A stretch of DNA of 64,000 bases. Source: a virus. The translations under genes and the position numbers were made by a program. Where the stretch lies: positions 1 through 64,000 of the IMG/VR virus record IMGVR_UViG_3300031227_000038. One strand, given 5' to 3'. Below the pieces are notes generated by a model. The model did no database searches and was not told where the DNA came from. It saw only the letters and a program-made list of their open reading frames with translations. Shown here piece after piece: positions 10,577 through 23,150 of this stretch. Every line of letters starts with the position of its first letter. The stretch's first letter is position 1.

Positions 10577-12031
10577 TTATACATTATCTTTTACCTCTCT
10601 TAATTTTCTTTCCATTTCATCAAAATTCCAATTACATTCTGCTTTCGTATTAAGTAAACCAACCATAACATTTTTTCTTGTAGTATCTGGAAACTCTAAC
10701 ATATAATTTTCGATTCTTCGAAGAATCTCTCCAACTACTTTACCTGGCTTAATATCAAGAACTTCCATAATATCATTTCCATCAACTGGAATATTAATCT
10801 TATCTGTACCTTCATCTTTCAATTGTTCAATTCTCTTATAGATATTACTTACTTGATTCTCCATTATCCAATCAGGATGATGTGATTTATTATCTGCATC
10901 TACAAGTCTTAAAAGATCATCTAGGTGCTTCATTCTTCTTATTAATTTTCTAATAGATGAATCCTTAACAATAACTTCATCTTTCCAGGACTTTACATAC
11001 ATATGATTTTCGACTAAGAAAGTGATATAGTCAACATCATTGTTAGAAAACCTAAGTCCTTCTAATATAGTTTTTGCTATCTGAGCGCCAACTAATTCAT
11101 GCTTACGAAAATGAAACATCCCGTCTTCTCCAGCTGCTACTGTATCTATCTTTCCAATATCGTGTAGGAGTGCTGCTATCTTTTCTAAAGCACCTCCGCC
11201 ATTATCTTCTACCTTATCAACAACTTTTAAAGTATGTATAAGAGCATTGTCAGTATGATATTTGTTTAGCGGCATCTGCTTTAAATGATTAATATTATAT
11301 CCAAACATAAAATTTAACCAGTCGATGCTTTCCGCAATGCGAATAAAATTAGAGAAATTTTTACTACTTGCAGCTTTAATAATTTCATCTTTAATTCTTT
11401 CCTTACTAATATTATCAGCAAGTAAAATTGCTTGCATCATAGCATCTATAGTATAAAAATCAATCTTGAAATCATATCTTGCTGCAAATCTAAATCCTCT
11501 GATTACTCTCAGAGTATCTTCTTCGAATCTTTCAGTGGCATTTCCAACAGTTTTTATAATTTTATTTTTAAGATCGCTTTGCCCATTAAATGGGTCAATA
11601 ATTACATCAGGATAGTTCATATCAATTGCCATTGCATTGATTGTAAAATCTCTTCGGGATAAGTCTTCTTCAATTGTCTTTGCAAACTTAACATCTGTAT
11701 GACGCCCGTCACAATTATGATCAGTTCTGAAAGTTGTAATTTCAAATATTGAACCACTCACTCCAATCATTATAAATGTTACAGTACCAAATGCTGAGCC
11801 AGTATCAATTACTTTATATAATGCCTTATCCTCTGATAGTACGCAATTCCAACCTAACATTTCCGCCGGAGTTGCGTCAGTGGCAAAATCATAATCATGC
11901 GGCTCATTTCCAAGAACCAGATCTCTAACAGCTCCGCCTACTAGAAATAGTTGACGACCTTTAACATTAAAGACACCTTTTAGTACTCTAATATCTTCTG
12001 TCATTATAATTTTTTTCTTAATACTAACCAT
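10577..12031 (-). CDS. cca: CCA-adding tRNA nucleotidyltransferase with HD domain
   Basis: GGAVRDLVLG...DYDFATDA head motifs, and LLHDIGK in the HD domain. Confidence 0.85.
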   Translation of the reverse strand: MVSIKKKIIMTEDIRVLKGVFNVKGRQLFLVGGAVRDLVLGNEPHDYDFATDATPAEMLGWNCVLSEDKALYKVIDTGSAFGTVTFIMIGVSGSIFEITTFRTDHNCDGRHTDVKFAKTIEEDLSRRDFTINAMAIDMNYPDVIIDPFNGQSDLKNKIIKTVGNATERFEEDTLRVIRGFRFAARYDFKIDFYTIDAMMQAILLADNISKERIKDEIIKAASSKNFSNFIRIAESIDWLNFMFGYNINHLKQMPLNKYHTDNALIHTLKVVDKVEDNGGGALEKIAALLHDIGKIDTVAAGEDGMFHFRKHELVGAQIAKTILEGLRFSNNDVDYITFLVENHMYVKSWKDEVIVKDSSIRKLIRRMKHLDDLLRLVDADNKSHHPDWIMENQVSNIYKRIEQLKDEGTDKINIPVDGNDIMEVLDIKPGKVVGEILRRIENYMLEFPDTTRKNVMVGLLNTKAECNWNFDEMERKLREVKDNV

Positions 12032-12185
12032 CTTAATAACCTCCAAGTTATTTTTTAATCTCATATATATAATATAAACTAATTATAAAAAATAGTAACT
12101 TATTTTTAAAAAAAAGAGAGAAGGAACATGTCAAAAATCCTTCTCTCCCACCCCTACGGTGTGAATGTAAACCAATTACACTAAT

Positions 12186-13382
12186 CTATTTTCCTACTGA
12201 AGATTTCGCCATATTTCTACTAATTTCAATGAAACTTTGAAGTCCGACTGCATCAAACGGATTCAGTGCACTGGTTCCATCTCCGCCCTGACCTAGAACC
12301 ATTGTAGTTGGAAATACGACTTTCGACAATGCTTGTGCTACACCAATAGCAGTTTCTTTATCAATTTGCGCTTTCAGTAAAGGAGTTAAACCAGCTTTAA
12401 CAAGCAATGCATTTGCTTTAGCTTCAGTCTCTTTTTCTACAAGGATAGCAGCTGCTTTTTCAATTGCTTCTTTTCTATTCCACTCAGCAACTTCAAAATT
12501 CTTTTGTGCCTGAGTAGTAGCTTGGATCTTAATAACCAATTCGTCTGCTTGTGCTTTAGCTATACGAGCTTTACCCATTTCTTCCTCAGTAATAGCATCC
12601 TGCTTTGCTCTTTCGGCATTAGCACGAGCAACAACTTTTTGCTGTTCAGCTTCTTTCTTCTTTGAAATTAAATTATCAATAGTAGCATCAAAGTCAATTT
12701 CTTTTATAATGAACTGGAGAATCGAAATATTATATCTTATAAAAGGACTTTCTTTCCTTACTATCGGTAATCCGTCTTTGGTAAGTTTTAAAACAGTTTC
12801 TCGTTCGATAAAATCATTACCTTCGGTATCTTGAACTTTCTTTTCAACAGAAACCGTTTCATAAATTCCGAATCGAATTTGATTCTCTGCCAATGAAGTA
12901 AATTCCGCACGTCTGGTGGAATATGATTCTTCAGCTTTCATTAATGTAGCAGTTTGCATAAGAGCTTCTGATACTACTTGTCGAATTAAATCTTGCTGAA
13001 TTGCAGTGTAACTTTTAAATTCTCTATGTAGTGATAACTCATCTTGTTCTTTTTGACTTAACTTAAATTTAATAGCTCCAGAAATATCTGCAGTACCACC
13101 ATCGTTGAATCTAACTTTAATTGGTTGTGAATCTTCACCTACTCCACCGTCGAGATCTGACTTTGAAAAATAGCTCATATCAGAAATCTGATATTTTGTT
13201 AACTTAGCAAAAAATTGTGGGAATACTCCCGGTTCATTTCTCACTGTCATATTACCTGTTAGAGCTGCCTGTTTAACGATGTAATAACCTGCATTGTTTG
13301 TTTCTACTAAACTTCCTGCTAATGCAACTAATACTATAGCTGCGACTACGAATAAAATTACAGCAATTGTGCCTTTACCCAT
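12186..13382 (-). CDS. SPFH/band-7 (HflK/C, flotillin-like) membrane protein
   Basis: N-terminal transmembrane segment, an SPFH-like core and a long coiled-coil tail. Confidence 0.7.
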   Translation of the reverse strand: MGKGTIAVILFVVAAIVLVALAGSLVETNNAGYYIVKQAALTGNMTVRNEPGVFPQFFAKLTKYQISDMSYFSKSDLDGGVGEDSQPIKVRFNDGGTADISGAIKFKLSQKEQDELSLHREFKSYTAIQQDLIRQVVSEALMQTATLMKAEESYSTRRAEFTSLAENQIRFGIYETVSVEKKVQDTEGNDFIERETVLKLTKDGLPIVRKESPFIRYNISILQFIIKEIDFDATIDNLISKKKEAEQQKVVARANAERAKQDAITEEEMGKARIAKAQADELVIKIQATTQAQKNFEVAEWNRKEAIEKAAAILVEKETEAKANALLVKAGLTPLLKAQIDKETAIGVAQALSKVVFPTTMVLGQGGDGTSALNPFDAVGLQSFIEISRNMAKSSVGK

Positions 13383-13582
13383 TACTTTACCTTCCTTTTT
13401 TTGAGCTCTTTTTCGAGCTTCTTTATTTTCTTTTTTATCCTTTCTTTTTCTAACTTGATACGTGCTTCATCAAGTTTTTCCTCTTCTGTTTTTGTCGATA
13501 ACCAGATAGTGATTTTTTCTCGAGATGTCCATAGTAGCCACATAACGACTATAATCACTATAAATGTTGATAATGGTAACAT
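13382..13582 (-). CDS. small TM plus Lys/Glu-rich coiled-coil protein (possible SPFH partner)
   Basis: TM segment followed by KLEKERIKKKIKKLEKELKKRK. Confidence 0.35.
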   Translation of the reverse strand: MLPLSTFIVIIVVMWLLWTSREKITIWLSTKTEEEKLDEARIKLEKERIKKKIKKLEKELKKRKVK

Positions 13583-14050
13583 TCTTTTTTTATTCTCCTT
13601 TTTTCTTCTTTTAATTTTATGGAATCCAAACCATAAGTCCTAAGCCGAAAAAAAATACTATTACTCCTAAAATAAAAGTTAAGAATGCATATTTGAAATA
13701 ACTTGTCTCATTCTTATAAATATTATTACCCCAGAGTACCATTGCTATATTCACTCCAATTATTACAATATCTCCAGCTATTTTAAATAAAGTATAAATC
13801 ATTTAATTCTCCTTTTTCTTCTTTTTAAATTAATGATAACGATTATACTGATCTCTATTATCTGCTATTATGCAAGCAACTATCGTATAAACTGCTTCGA
13901 GTACAAATACTATAACTATACCCCATCCACCGATTGTAATATACATTAAGAATATTATTAAGTATAATAAAATAACTCCTAGAACCATACCTAATATATA
14001 GTATATTGCAATTTCCCAGGGCGACTTCTTTTCAAAACTTTCAATGAATT

Positions 14051-14090
14051 TTCCAATATTTTCCAATATTTTCCAATATTTTCCAATATT
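14051..14090. repeat. Tandem 10-mer (TTCCAATATT) x4
   Basis: Seen directly. It lies inside small TM ORF 13830..14123. Confidence 0.9.
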
Positions 14091-15137
14091 TTTTTCATAT
14101 AATTTTTCATTTATCTTGACCACCTATCTATACTAATAAAGATAGCTATTAAACTATATATCACTGTAGTACAAACTGTATTACCAAGATTCACATAAAT
14201 CATATAAAAGAAAAAAGAAACAATAGAAGCTATTATTGCAAATGTAATTAAAGTAACTAATGATGAAAGCCAAATACTCATATGTTTTAGATTACTATAA
14301 AAATCTTTAATTTTACCATATAACTTCTTAGTATCTTTTACTACACCATTAAATGTATTAATCATCCAGTTCTCCTCGATTAGTTTTTATTATAATAAGT
14401 GCCATAATATATGAGATACCTATACCGGCTAAAGCAATCATACCGCCAGCTCCTGAAATATTAAAAATTAATCTAATAAATAAAGCAAATATTATTGCTC
14501 CAATAATTGCAGTTATAGACTAAATTAATGCTGCAAATTCTGAATTCTTGTTTTTGAGATTTTTATAAAAATCTACTATACTATTAAATATTTTTTTCAT
14601 CTTTTTCCTCCTATTAATAACTCTCGAATTCATGTATTATTGCTAAAATTATAATATATATAAATGCAACAGTAAGTACAATTAATACACCTGGTGAACC
14701 AAAAAGATTGCTTACTATTTTAAAAAACAGTCCAACTATCCCAAGTATTATTGGTAAGGTCACAACAATGATTCCGGTACACCAAGCTGCTTGTACATAC
14801 TTTGACTTTTCAATAATTTTTTCAAATAAATTATCAATTCTTTTTCTTAGCTTCATTTATAACTTCTCCTATGTTTTGAAAATAATCTAAACGGAAACAT
14901 TACTTTCAGTGTTACTAAAAATCCAATTACACTAAAGACCATTAATGACACTCCAATAATATATTCCACAATTACCACCTATCTACTTTCTCTACTACGA
15001 TATCTTTCTTTGACTTAAGCTTATTAACAGCATATACTACTAACCAAAATGGTATAGCTACAATCAATGCAAGAACTACTGCTACGAATGAAATTGTTAT
15101 TGCGCAGTAATCAATAAAGTCTGGCTTCTTGTCTTCC

Positions 15138-15950
15138 TTATACATACATTTCTTCATGATTTCTCCTCATAAAACCTTCTCGATTAAAATACCTAACTTT
15201 GAATCCACCCTGATAAGTTCCTGGTAATGGAATCATTGCATTGCTATTAATTACTATTTCGTTTTTATCATTACTTCTCTTCGCACCGCAATCAAGTATA
15301 TGAGTTAGTTCATATAGATTAAATTTCTTTGGAATAGTGGAGAGCTTTAACACTACATGATAGCCACCTCGAGTTTCAATAATAAAGAAATAAATATTTT
15401 GACTTGTCATATCATTAATAAATTTATCTAATAAATAGCAATCTTTTTCTTTATCAATATCGAAATCAATATCAATAAAATGCTTACTACCACGAGCTTT
15501 CTGAATACAATTCATATATTCAATATCACCATGTCTCATTTTTGTCATCATTGTATTAGTATCTTTACCACCTAGACTAGCAATTAAAAGTTCACTACTA
15601 AATTGAGCCATATTTTTAGCAAACATATGATAAGCTTTAATCGTACTTGAAGGATTAATATTGAAATAGTAGACCATTGCTTTTCGAGGTATTTCAAGTC
15701 CATTACTTGTAGTATATGTTGGTGTTGATATATCAATTCGCTTTAGTATCGTTAAGAATTTTTCATCATTTCTAATTATTTTTCGAGCAAACATTTCAGT
15801 TCTGCTTAAACCATAGTAACATCTATCATCATTAGTGAGATATTTATTTCTTGCAGATAATGAAATAAATCTTACTTCATCATTAATGAGAGCTGGAAGC
15901 GTTTTTATAAACTCTTTAACTATTTCTTCGTCATATATAATACTCTTCAT
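15138..15950 (-). CDS. possible archaeo-eukaryotic-primase (AEP/PrimPol)-like protein
   Basis: IDIDFDID (DxD) and ETRGGYHVVL (sGxGxH-like). This is a weak motif call. Confidence 0.3.
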   Translation of the reverse strand: MKSIIYDEEIVKEFIKTLPALINDEVRFISLSARNKYLTNDDRCYYGLSRTEMFARKIIRNDEKFLTILKRIDISTPTYTTSNGLEIPRKAMVYYFNINPSSTIKAYHMFAKNMAQFSSELLIASLGGKDTNTMMTKMRHGDIEYMNCIQKARGSKHFIDIDFDIDKEKDCYLLDKFINDMTSQNIYFFIIETRGGYHVVLKLSTIPKKFNLYELTHILDCGAKRSNDKNEIVINSNAMIPLPGTYQGGFKVRYFNREGFMRRNHEEMYV

Positions 15951-16171
15951 TCTTATAACTCCTTTGCTAATTCATAAGATTCATAAAAATAATCATATTC
16001 ATCTATAAATGTAAATTCGCCATTCAATAATTGATATATAGAATAACCGGAGTTAGTTAAAATAATAATTACATCCTCTGCTGAGTTAACATAGAAGTAG
16101 TCTGCATGTTCCATTTCTGGAAATGTATTAGTTCCTGTTTCATTAATGTTATAATATTTTAAAACTTTCAT

Positions 16172-16555
16172 TTATTTTTCTTCTTCAAATTTTTCCAACC
16201 ACCTTTCAATGTGATCTACTCGTGCTTGAAAAGCATTGAGTAAGTCGTCTACAGTTCCCGCATTTTTAATTCTATAATATGTCTTTTCATGATCATTATG
16301 TAGACAACCGAATTGTGCTCTGTGCTCTTTCATAATGACTTCATTAAAATAAGTCTCTATTCCGTAACAATATTTACAGCGGTGATCAAATGCTCTACAT
16401 AATATACAAGATGTACTTCCTCCAAATCCTGTTAAATGCATTGCAATGATATTAAATCCGCTGACTCCAGAATCTTTAATAGCTTGAATTTCAGCTATAG
16501 TAATACTTCGATACTTTTTAATCAATTCTAAAAAAGGCTTTTTATTAATTTCCAT
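16172..16555 (-). CDS. Cys-rich small protein, paralog family member A
   Basis: Shares EPF(L/K)ELIKKYRSIT...CILC..F..C..CYG...LLNAF..R..HIE.WL with 17995..18378 and 18365..18772. Confidence 0.55.
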   Translation of the reverse strand: MEINKKPFLELIKKYRSITIAEIQAIKDSGVSGFNIIAMHLTGFGGSTSCILCRAFDHRCKYCYGIETYFNEVIMKEHRAQFGCLHNDHEKTYYRIKNAGTVDDLLNAFQARVDHIERWLEKFEEEK

Positions 16556-17551
16556 TCTAATTAACCTCCGTTTACTAATTTCATTAATAATATAATCAAA
16601 TTATAAAAAATAGTAACTTTTTTAAATTAATTTCCACTCTACCCTAACTCTTAGTTTATTGATTATTACATACCCAATCACATCATTTCTGAGTATATCA
16701 TATGAATCTATAGTGCCGTCTTTATGATTAATTTTTCCAATTTTAGTTTTATCTAATTCTTTTAGTCTTTTTGAAAACTCATTATTTCCTAAGTCTTTAA
16801 TCATATTACAAATATTATATGTTTGTGTACTTTGCAAGAAGTATAAGACTTCTTGTTGTTGAGTTACTATCTTAGTCATTAAACTTTTCAATTGTCACCC
16901 ACTCCTTTATATTTTCATTTAACTCTCTAATTTCAAGTTTATAATAGCTTTTTTTATTATATGAACTCATTGCATTTTGAGCTTGTTTAAGAGTTTTGTA
17001 TGAATTTATATAATCTAACTCATGATCTAGAAAAGATATTCTTTCTTTTTGTTCACACATTTTTCTTGCAGTTACAAAATCACCTAGATTAATGTACATA
17101 TCATAGAGATGTTGCCATGGCCAATTCTTACCATATACTCTAAAGTTTTTTTTCTTATTTCCAGCCTTTACATTTCTAGGTTTTTCTTCTGGACGAATAA
17201 ATGTTTTAGCTTTCTTAATTTCTTTTCTATCAAATTTTTTATCCCAAAACATAATTCTCCTTACTTAATTCTTTCATAAAGGCATTAGTAAATACTTTAC
17301 AGTGTTCGCCATTTTTTCTATAAAATGAAAAAGTTTTGTTTTCAATATCCCATCGAATATCATCAGGACCAATATTATGGAATACACATGCTCTCTGCAT
17401 GATGTCATTATTAACATCAATCAAAAATCCATATTGATTTGTAACTGTATATTCTAAAGGTTTATGAGACTCATTCTCTGTAAGATAGCTGGCTGCTGTC
17501 ATAAATCCTAGGCCAAATATAAGTACTAGAGCTATTATCCAAGGTGCGGTA

Positions 17552-17992
17552 TTACTCTGCTGACTCATATCCGTGCTCCTTTAGCCATTTTTTAATTACT
17601 ATAACTCTCTCTTTAATATTACCAAGCAACTCTGCCGGAGTTTCAGAAACGTGAATGTTATGCGCTGTTACGTCTAAGCTCTTATCAACACATCCTCCTA
17701 AATTTCCGAAACAAAATTTACATACATGTCTTTTATCAAAATGAATTGTATTAAAGCAATTTCTAGCGACTTCCCAAGCGGTCCAGCACAATATAAAATC
17801 ATCAGTTCCTAATCCAAATTTTTTTTTCATTACATATCTGCCGAATTTATCTGGTAAATAAGGTGATCTTTTTGTTATATCTGAATCGCGATATCGCTTA
17901 AATTCATCTTCATATACTTTGATGTCTTCTATAGAAATATTTTCATAACTAGATAATAGACTTTGAAAAGCCTCTTTTATTTTTTTGTGCAT
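17552..17992 (-). CDS. Cys-rich hypothetical protein
   Basis: CWTAW...CKFCFGNLGGC. Confidence 0.45.
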   Translation of the reverse strand: MHKKIKEAFQSLLSSYENISIEDIKVYEDEFKRYRDSDITKRSPYLPDKFGRYVMKKKFGLGTDDFILCWTAWEVARNCFNTIHFDKRHVCKFCFGNLGGCVDKSLDVTAHNIHVSETPAELLGNIKERVIVIKKWLKEHGYESAE

Positions 17993-17994
17993 TT

Positions 17995-18378
17995 CTACTC
18001 CTTAGTTTTCTCATCTTCAAACTCATCGTCAAATCCCTCTAACCATTCTTCTATATGATTAGCTCTTTCATTAAAAGCATTGAAAAGTTCGTTAAATGTC
18101 TGAGCTTCTCCAATATTAGCATATGTTTTTTCATGCACCCCTCCCACACAGGCATATTTCTTGCGATTTACTCCACATTCAATACCATAACATTTTGAAC
18201 ATTCTTCTTTAAAGGTTAAACATAAAATACAAGTTAGCGTACAGCCCCATCCAGTTAGTTCAGCTGCAACATCTCCCATGCAAAATTCACATTTACTAAT
18301 TTTTTCAATTTGCTCCGAAGTAATACTTCGATATTTCTTAATCAATTCTTTAAATGGTTCTTTATTAATCTCTTCCAT
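17995..18378 (-). CDS. Cys-rich small protein, paralog family member B
   Basis: See 16172..16555. Confidence 0.55.
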   Translation of the reverse strand: MEEINKEPFKELIKKYRSITSEQIEKISKCEFCMGDVAAELTGWGCTLTCILCLTFKEECSKCYGIECGVNRKKYACVGGVHEKTYANIGEAQTFNELFNAFNERANHIEEWLEGFDDEFEDEKTKE

Positions 18379-18772
18379 CTTTGAATCCTTTTAACCACTT
18401 TTCTATATGGTTAGCTCTTTCATTGAAAGCGTTGAGTAAGTCTTCAGCATCACGAGCATGAGATATTTTATAATATGTCTCTTCATGTCCATAATGTAGA
18501 CATCCTAAGCCATTATAATCTCCAAAACCTTCATGATACGCTCCATAGCAGAACATGCAATTGCCATTAAACGCTCTACATAATATACAACCACTTCCAC
18601 CAAAGCCAGTAAGCCTATACGGAGTAAACATTATAGACGACAATACACGAGCTTCACTAAGAGCGGAATCAATAGGATTAGAGTCAATATCATCTTCAAT
18701 CTGCTTCAAAGTAATACTTCGATATTTCTTAATCAATTCCCTAAACGGCTCTTTATAAATTTTACTTCCCAT
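18365..18772 (-). CDS. Cys-rich small protein, paralog family member C
   Basis: See 16172..16555. The start is probably MGSKIYKEPF. Confidence 0.5.
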   Translation of the reverse strand: MGSKIYKEPFRELIKKYRSITLKQIEDDIDSNPIDSALSEARVLSSIMFTPYRLTGFGGSGCILCRAFNGNCMFCYGAYHEGFGDYNGLGCLHYGHEETYYKISHARDAEDLLNAFNERANHIEKWLKGFKDGRD

Positions 18773-19132
18773 TTTCGTCCTCCCAGATTTTAGTATCTTC
18801 ATTATAAACCTGAATAATTGCTCCACCAAATTCGCGCTCAGTGTTATAAAAGTTAAACCATTTGATTGCTTCTTTTAGAGTAAGATTATCATTCATTACG
18901 TTCTCATCACGATTCATATTCTTACATCTTCTATAACATCTCAATACATATTCATGTGCTGCTGGTTTATCATAAGATTCATATCTGTAATATATGTCCA
19001 TACTAAGTACTTCCATTGCACATACTCTATAAATTTTTTTCATCTTAATAACCTCCAAGTTATTTTAGTTCCTTAAAATATAAAAGATCTAAATATAATA
19101 TAATTAGAAATTAAGAAATAGTAACTTTATTT

Positions 19133-20335
19133 TTACCCCTTTATTACTGCTAGCGGCATCAACTTAGTAACTACCTTGACAAGATCTTCCTGATTATACA
19201 TAACACTATTAATATCTTTATAAGCACCAGGTGCTTCATCTAAATCTCTTTCATGTCTGATTCCATGAATGATTTCTTGATCATCTAATATTTTAATTTG
19301 CTCATTAAGGCTCAATTCATTTTGAGCTTTGGTTCTTGACATCAATCTGCCGGCTCCATGAGAGCAAGACATAAAGCTATCTGGATTTCCGAGTCCATTA
19401 ACTATATACGATGGAGTACCTGGAGAGCCTGGTATAATTCCTATAGTTCCTGTTCTCGCAAGAGTGGCTCCCTTTCTATGAACTAAAACATTTTCGCCAA
19501 AGTGATTCTCCATTTGAGCATAGTTATGAGCTATATTAATCATGCTAGATAAATCAATAGTTTTCCAACTCATAATAATATCAAACGATTCTTTAATTCT
19601 TTCCATCATTAATGCTCTATTTGCAAAAGCATACTCAACTGCAAAGTTCATTTCACGAAGATAATTTTGAGCATATTCAGTACCAAACGGTAAGAATGCT
19701 AATTGATATTCTGTAGGAATTTGCGTATGCCAGATTTTGTTATTCTTAATAGCAATATTATTGTAATAATCAGCGATTCTTTTACCTAAGTTACGTGAAC
19801 CAGAATGAACCATTACCCAAATATTCTCTTCTTTATCTTTCTGAATTTCAATGAAGTGATTTCCACCACCCATTGTTCCTAATTGTGTCATAGATGCTTC
19901 ATAGCGACGAAAGCTAATTTCCCCGAGATCGTATCCAGTACGACCATTCATTAATTTTACCATTGCATCTATCTGAGGACTATTATGACTATTTTTTCCA
20001 AGTGGTATTCTTTTACGAATCTCAGCCATAATACGTAATATTTCATTACGTGGTATCTCATGTGTTTTCCATGGTGTTTTCACAGCACACATTCCACAAC
20101 CAATATCAACACCGACTGCATTTGGAATTACCACATTTCTAGTCGCTATAACTCCGCCGATCGGCATTCCATATCCTTGGTGACAGTCCGGCATTAATGC
20201 TACGTGTTTAAATATGAATGGTAGAGATGCTAAGTTTCGTGCCTGTTGTAATGCTCCTTCTTCTATTTCATTAAATGGTAGCCAATGCTTGATTGGTTTT
20301 ACTCCACTATCTTTTTCAAATATTACTCCGTTCAT
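19133..20335 (-). CDS. rtcB: RtcB RNA 3'-phosphate/2',3'-cyclic phosphate ligase
   Basis: ALQQARNLASLP, MPDCHQGYGMPIGGV and SHGAGR are hallmark RtcB motifs. Confidence 0.9.
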   Translation of the reverse strand: MNGVIFEKDSGVKPIKHWLPFNEIEEGALQQARNLASLPFIFKHVALMPDCHQGYGMPIGGVIATRNVVIPNAVGVDIGCGMCAVKTPWKTHEIPRNEILRIMAEIRKRIPLGKNSHNSPQIDAMVKLMNGRTGYDLGEISFRRYEASMTQLGTMGGGNHFIEIQKDKEENIWVMVHSGSRNLGKRIADYYNNIAIKNNKIWHTQIPTEYQLAFLPFGTEYAQNYLREMNFAVEYAFANRALMMERIKESFDIIMSWKTIDLSSMINIAHNYAQMENHFGENVLVHRKGATLARTGTIGIIPGSPGTPSYIVNGLGNPDSFMSCSHGAGRLMSRTKAQNELSLNEQIKILDDQEIIHGIRHERDLDEAPGAYKDINSVMYNQEDLVKVVTKLMPLAVIKG

Positions 20336-21550
20336 TTCATACTCCTAAATAGTTCTACTACTCTCCTTACGTTAAATATTCCGTAACGAGGTGTTTCAAT
20401 TAAATTTAGAGAATAGTATACAAGCATATAATCAGATAAAAAATTATACTCAATAGTTACCCTTGTGGAAATACTGGTATAGCTCACTGAAATAAAATCC
20501 CCTATTTTCCTGTATTCGATATCCTCTAAGTTCTTGGCGTCACCATTATTTGCCCATTGAGCAATTTCAACCGCTATTTCTTGGTTTGTCATTAAATCTC
20601 CTCTTTCTCAAATATAGGTTTTACTAATCTCTTCATTAAGCTTTTCATTTATTTCTTCTTTCGAAGCTTCTATTTTCTTTTCCATCTTTTACAACTCGTT
20701 TTCAAGCAACTCAATAAACGTTGATAGTGTTATGATGAACTGAACGCTTGCCATAAGAAGCGGAATAAGTAATATCGGGTTACCAGTATTGAAAATAACA
20801 ACCACTAATGTAATAATTAAAAATAAAAGAATGAATGAGCATGCGCCCATTATAGGTGTATTAATATCCATAATTTACTCCTCTTCCAATTCTTCTTGCA
20901 CTTTAAAATAAAACGATAAAACTGAATACATCCAAAAAATCGCTGATATTACCATGGTAATTGATAATAAAATAGCGCTGCTAATAAAGTCAGTAATATT
21001 AGTTTCCGGGAAATAGGGATTAAGAAAACATGTAATAAATAAAGCAATTTGTGTAGCAGCTATTACACTTGCGACTAATAATCTTATTGTTGCTTCTTTC
21101 ATTTTTCCTCCGTTTTTATAGATATCTACAAACACTAAATAAACCATATTCTTGAGCAATCTTATCTGACTCATCTATGAGATCAAATCCATTTGAATTA
21201 ACTGAACCACTATAAACTATCCAGCCCCAATATGAATCTTTTTTGGCGCCAAGAGCTTTAGCCTCTCTCCATCGATTTTTAGGATACTTAATACCAACCC
21301 AGACACAATAAAGTTGATCACCTTTCTTACATTCTTCTTTTTTAGCTTCCATTCTAGCTCTAATTTCTTTAAACTGACTTTCGCTAATTAACATTTTTAA
21401 TAAACCTCCAAGTTATTTATTTATAATTATAATATAAACAAATTACAAAAAATAGTAACTAATTTTTTAGAATTATAAACAACAAAAAAAGAGAAGGAAC
21501 CTTGTAAAAACCTTCTCTTCCTGTACTCGGTACTTGATTACCGATTTTCT

Positions 21551-22204
21551 CTATCTTACTAAAAGATTTACTATATTAAGACTATCAAATATTATTGGAA
21601 TTTGTTTTTTAAACTCTTCTAACATTGGAATCGCTATTTCTCTCATTTGCGGATGCGCTGCTAGTGAAGTTCTAAGTTTAAAAAAATGTAACCACTCTCT
21701 TAAATTCATCGTCATAACTATTTCTGTCTTCAATGAATTCGGGAGTACACTTCTCGCTTCTTGTGGACTTGCACCTAATTCGACTAATCGGATATATGCT
21801 TTTTCAATATGTCTCATCATATCTGCTCAAATCATATATTTGCTAGCATCGTCTACTGTTGATTCTTTTCAAAATATAGGTTCAATGAACGTTAATTCAT
21901 TACCAAATTTATTTTTACTATAATTACAATATCTAGTGCTTTCCTGTGTGTAGCTTGCTAATCTATGTCTAACTATTTCGTGTGTTACTCCTCTATCACA
22001 AATTACTCTTACGGTAACAGAATAATGTTCTAATACTGATAAGTGACCTCTTTCAATTATCATCTTAACAAACTTAGCTGCAGAGTCTTCAGTTATTTTA
22101 TCTTCACTTTTATATGCAGTTCGACCTGCCTTCTCAATATGTTTCAGTAGAGCTCAACCAACTATCTCCGATTCAATTTCAAAACTTGGTTTAATTATTT
22201 TCAT
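21551..22204 (-). CDS. thyX: flavin-dependent thymidylate synthase ThyX
   Basis: HEIVRHRLASYTQESTRY (RHR..S) motif. ORFs 21869..22063 and 21551..21820 are joined in frame through TGA codons at 21869-21871 and 21827-21829. Confidence 0.8.
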
Positions 22205-22709
22205 TTATTTCTTTTTCCCTTATTTAATTGCAAGCTGATCTATAATAAACCAACCGAGATATATGCTGATCAGTTTAATTTCTTCACGAATTAATTCTTC
22301 ACATTGATATTCAGCTGATTCAATATATAAATCACTAACGTGGTGTCTCTCTTGACCAATGATACCGAATTGAACAGTAAAATCTTCAAGGCTGTATTCT
22401 CCATTATTGTAGTCTCTCATAAAACTACTAGTAAATTTTTCCATCTTAGTCTCTCCTTCCCTTAGAATAATATTTCTGCATACTCTACTCTTCTACTATT
22501 CATCTCTTTTTTCCTTATGCAGTCTTAATGCTGCTTCCTTTTCTCTATAGTTTGCATAATGCTCATTGAGATTTTCTATAGCTTTGTCTATATTATTATT
22601 AAATATATCAAGTCCTTCGTCAGTTACCTTAACTAGCCAACTATATGCGCCTTGAAATAATGCTGCTGCACTTGCATAATCTTTCATTTTCTCTTCTAGT
22701 GTTCTTTCT

Positions 22710-22973
22710 TTAAACATCTTCTCGCTCCTCTACAATTTCAAATGAATCAAAGTCGGTACTAATACAAGCTCCACACTCTTCTTCTAATTTACAATTTATT
22801 TGATTAGGACACCAATCACAACTCCATGCAGGTTCAGTTGATATACCACACTTAGGACAGTGTTGGTGTTCAACTGTAGGATCTCCATCTTCATCTGGCA
22901 TCCAGCCGAATGTCTCATCTGATTCAAATATATGTCCACAATTTGGACATTTTACCATTATTAATATTTTCAT
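22710..22973 (-). CDS. multi-CxxC zinc-ribbon protein
   Basis: CPNCG...CPKCG...CDWC. Confidence 0.45.
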   Translation of the reverse strand: MKILIMVKCPNCGHIFESDETFGWMPDEDGDPTVEHQHCPKCGISTEPAWSCDWCPNQINCKLEEECGACISTDFDSFEIVEEREDV

Positions 22974-23150
22974 TTTTAGTTTTCCTCTATTACTCTAAAG
23001 GAATATTCTGGAAGCCAAATATCTGGCTGCTCTTCAATTAAACGTAACTTATATTGATGTTCTCTATGTGAAGTGTCTATATCAACAATAATATATTTTG
23101 ATTTCTTTCAACTTGGACCATATTCTACAATATTTCTTATCTTAGACATT

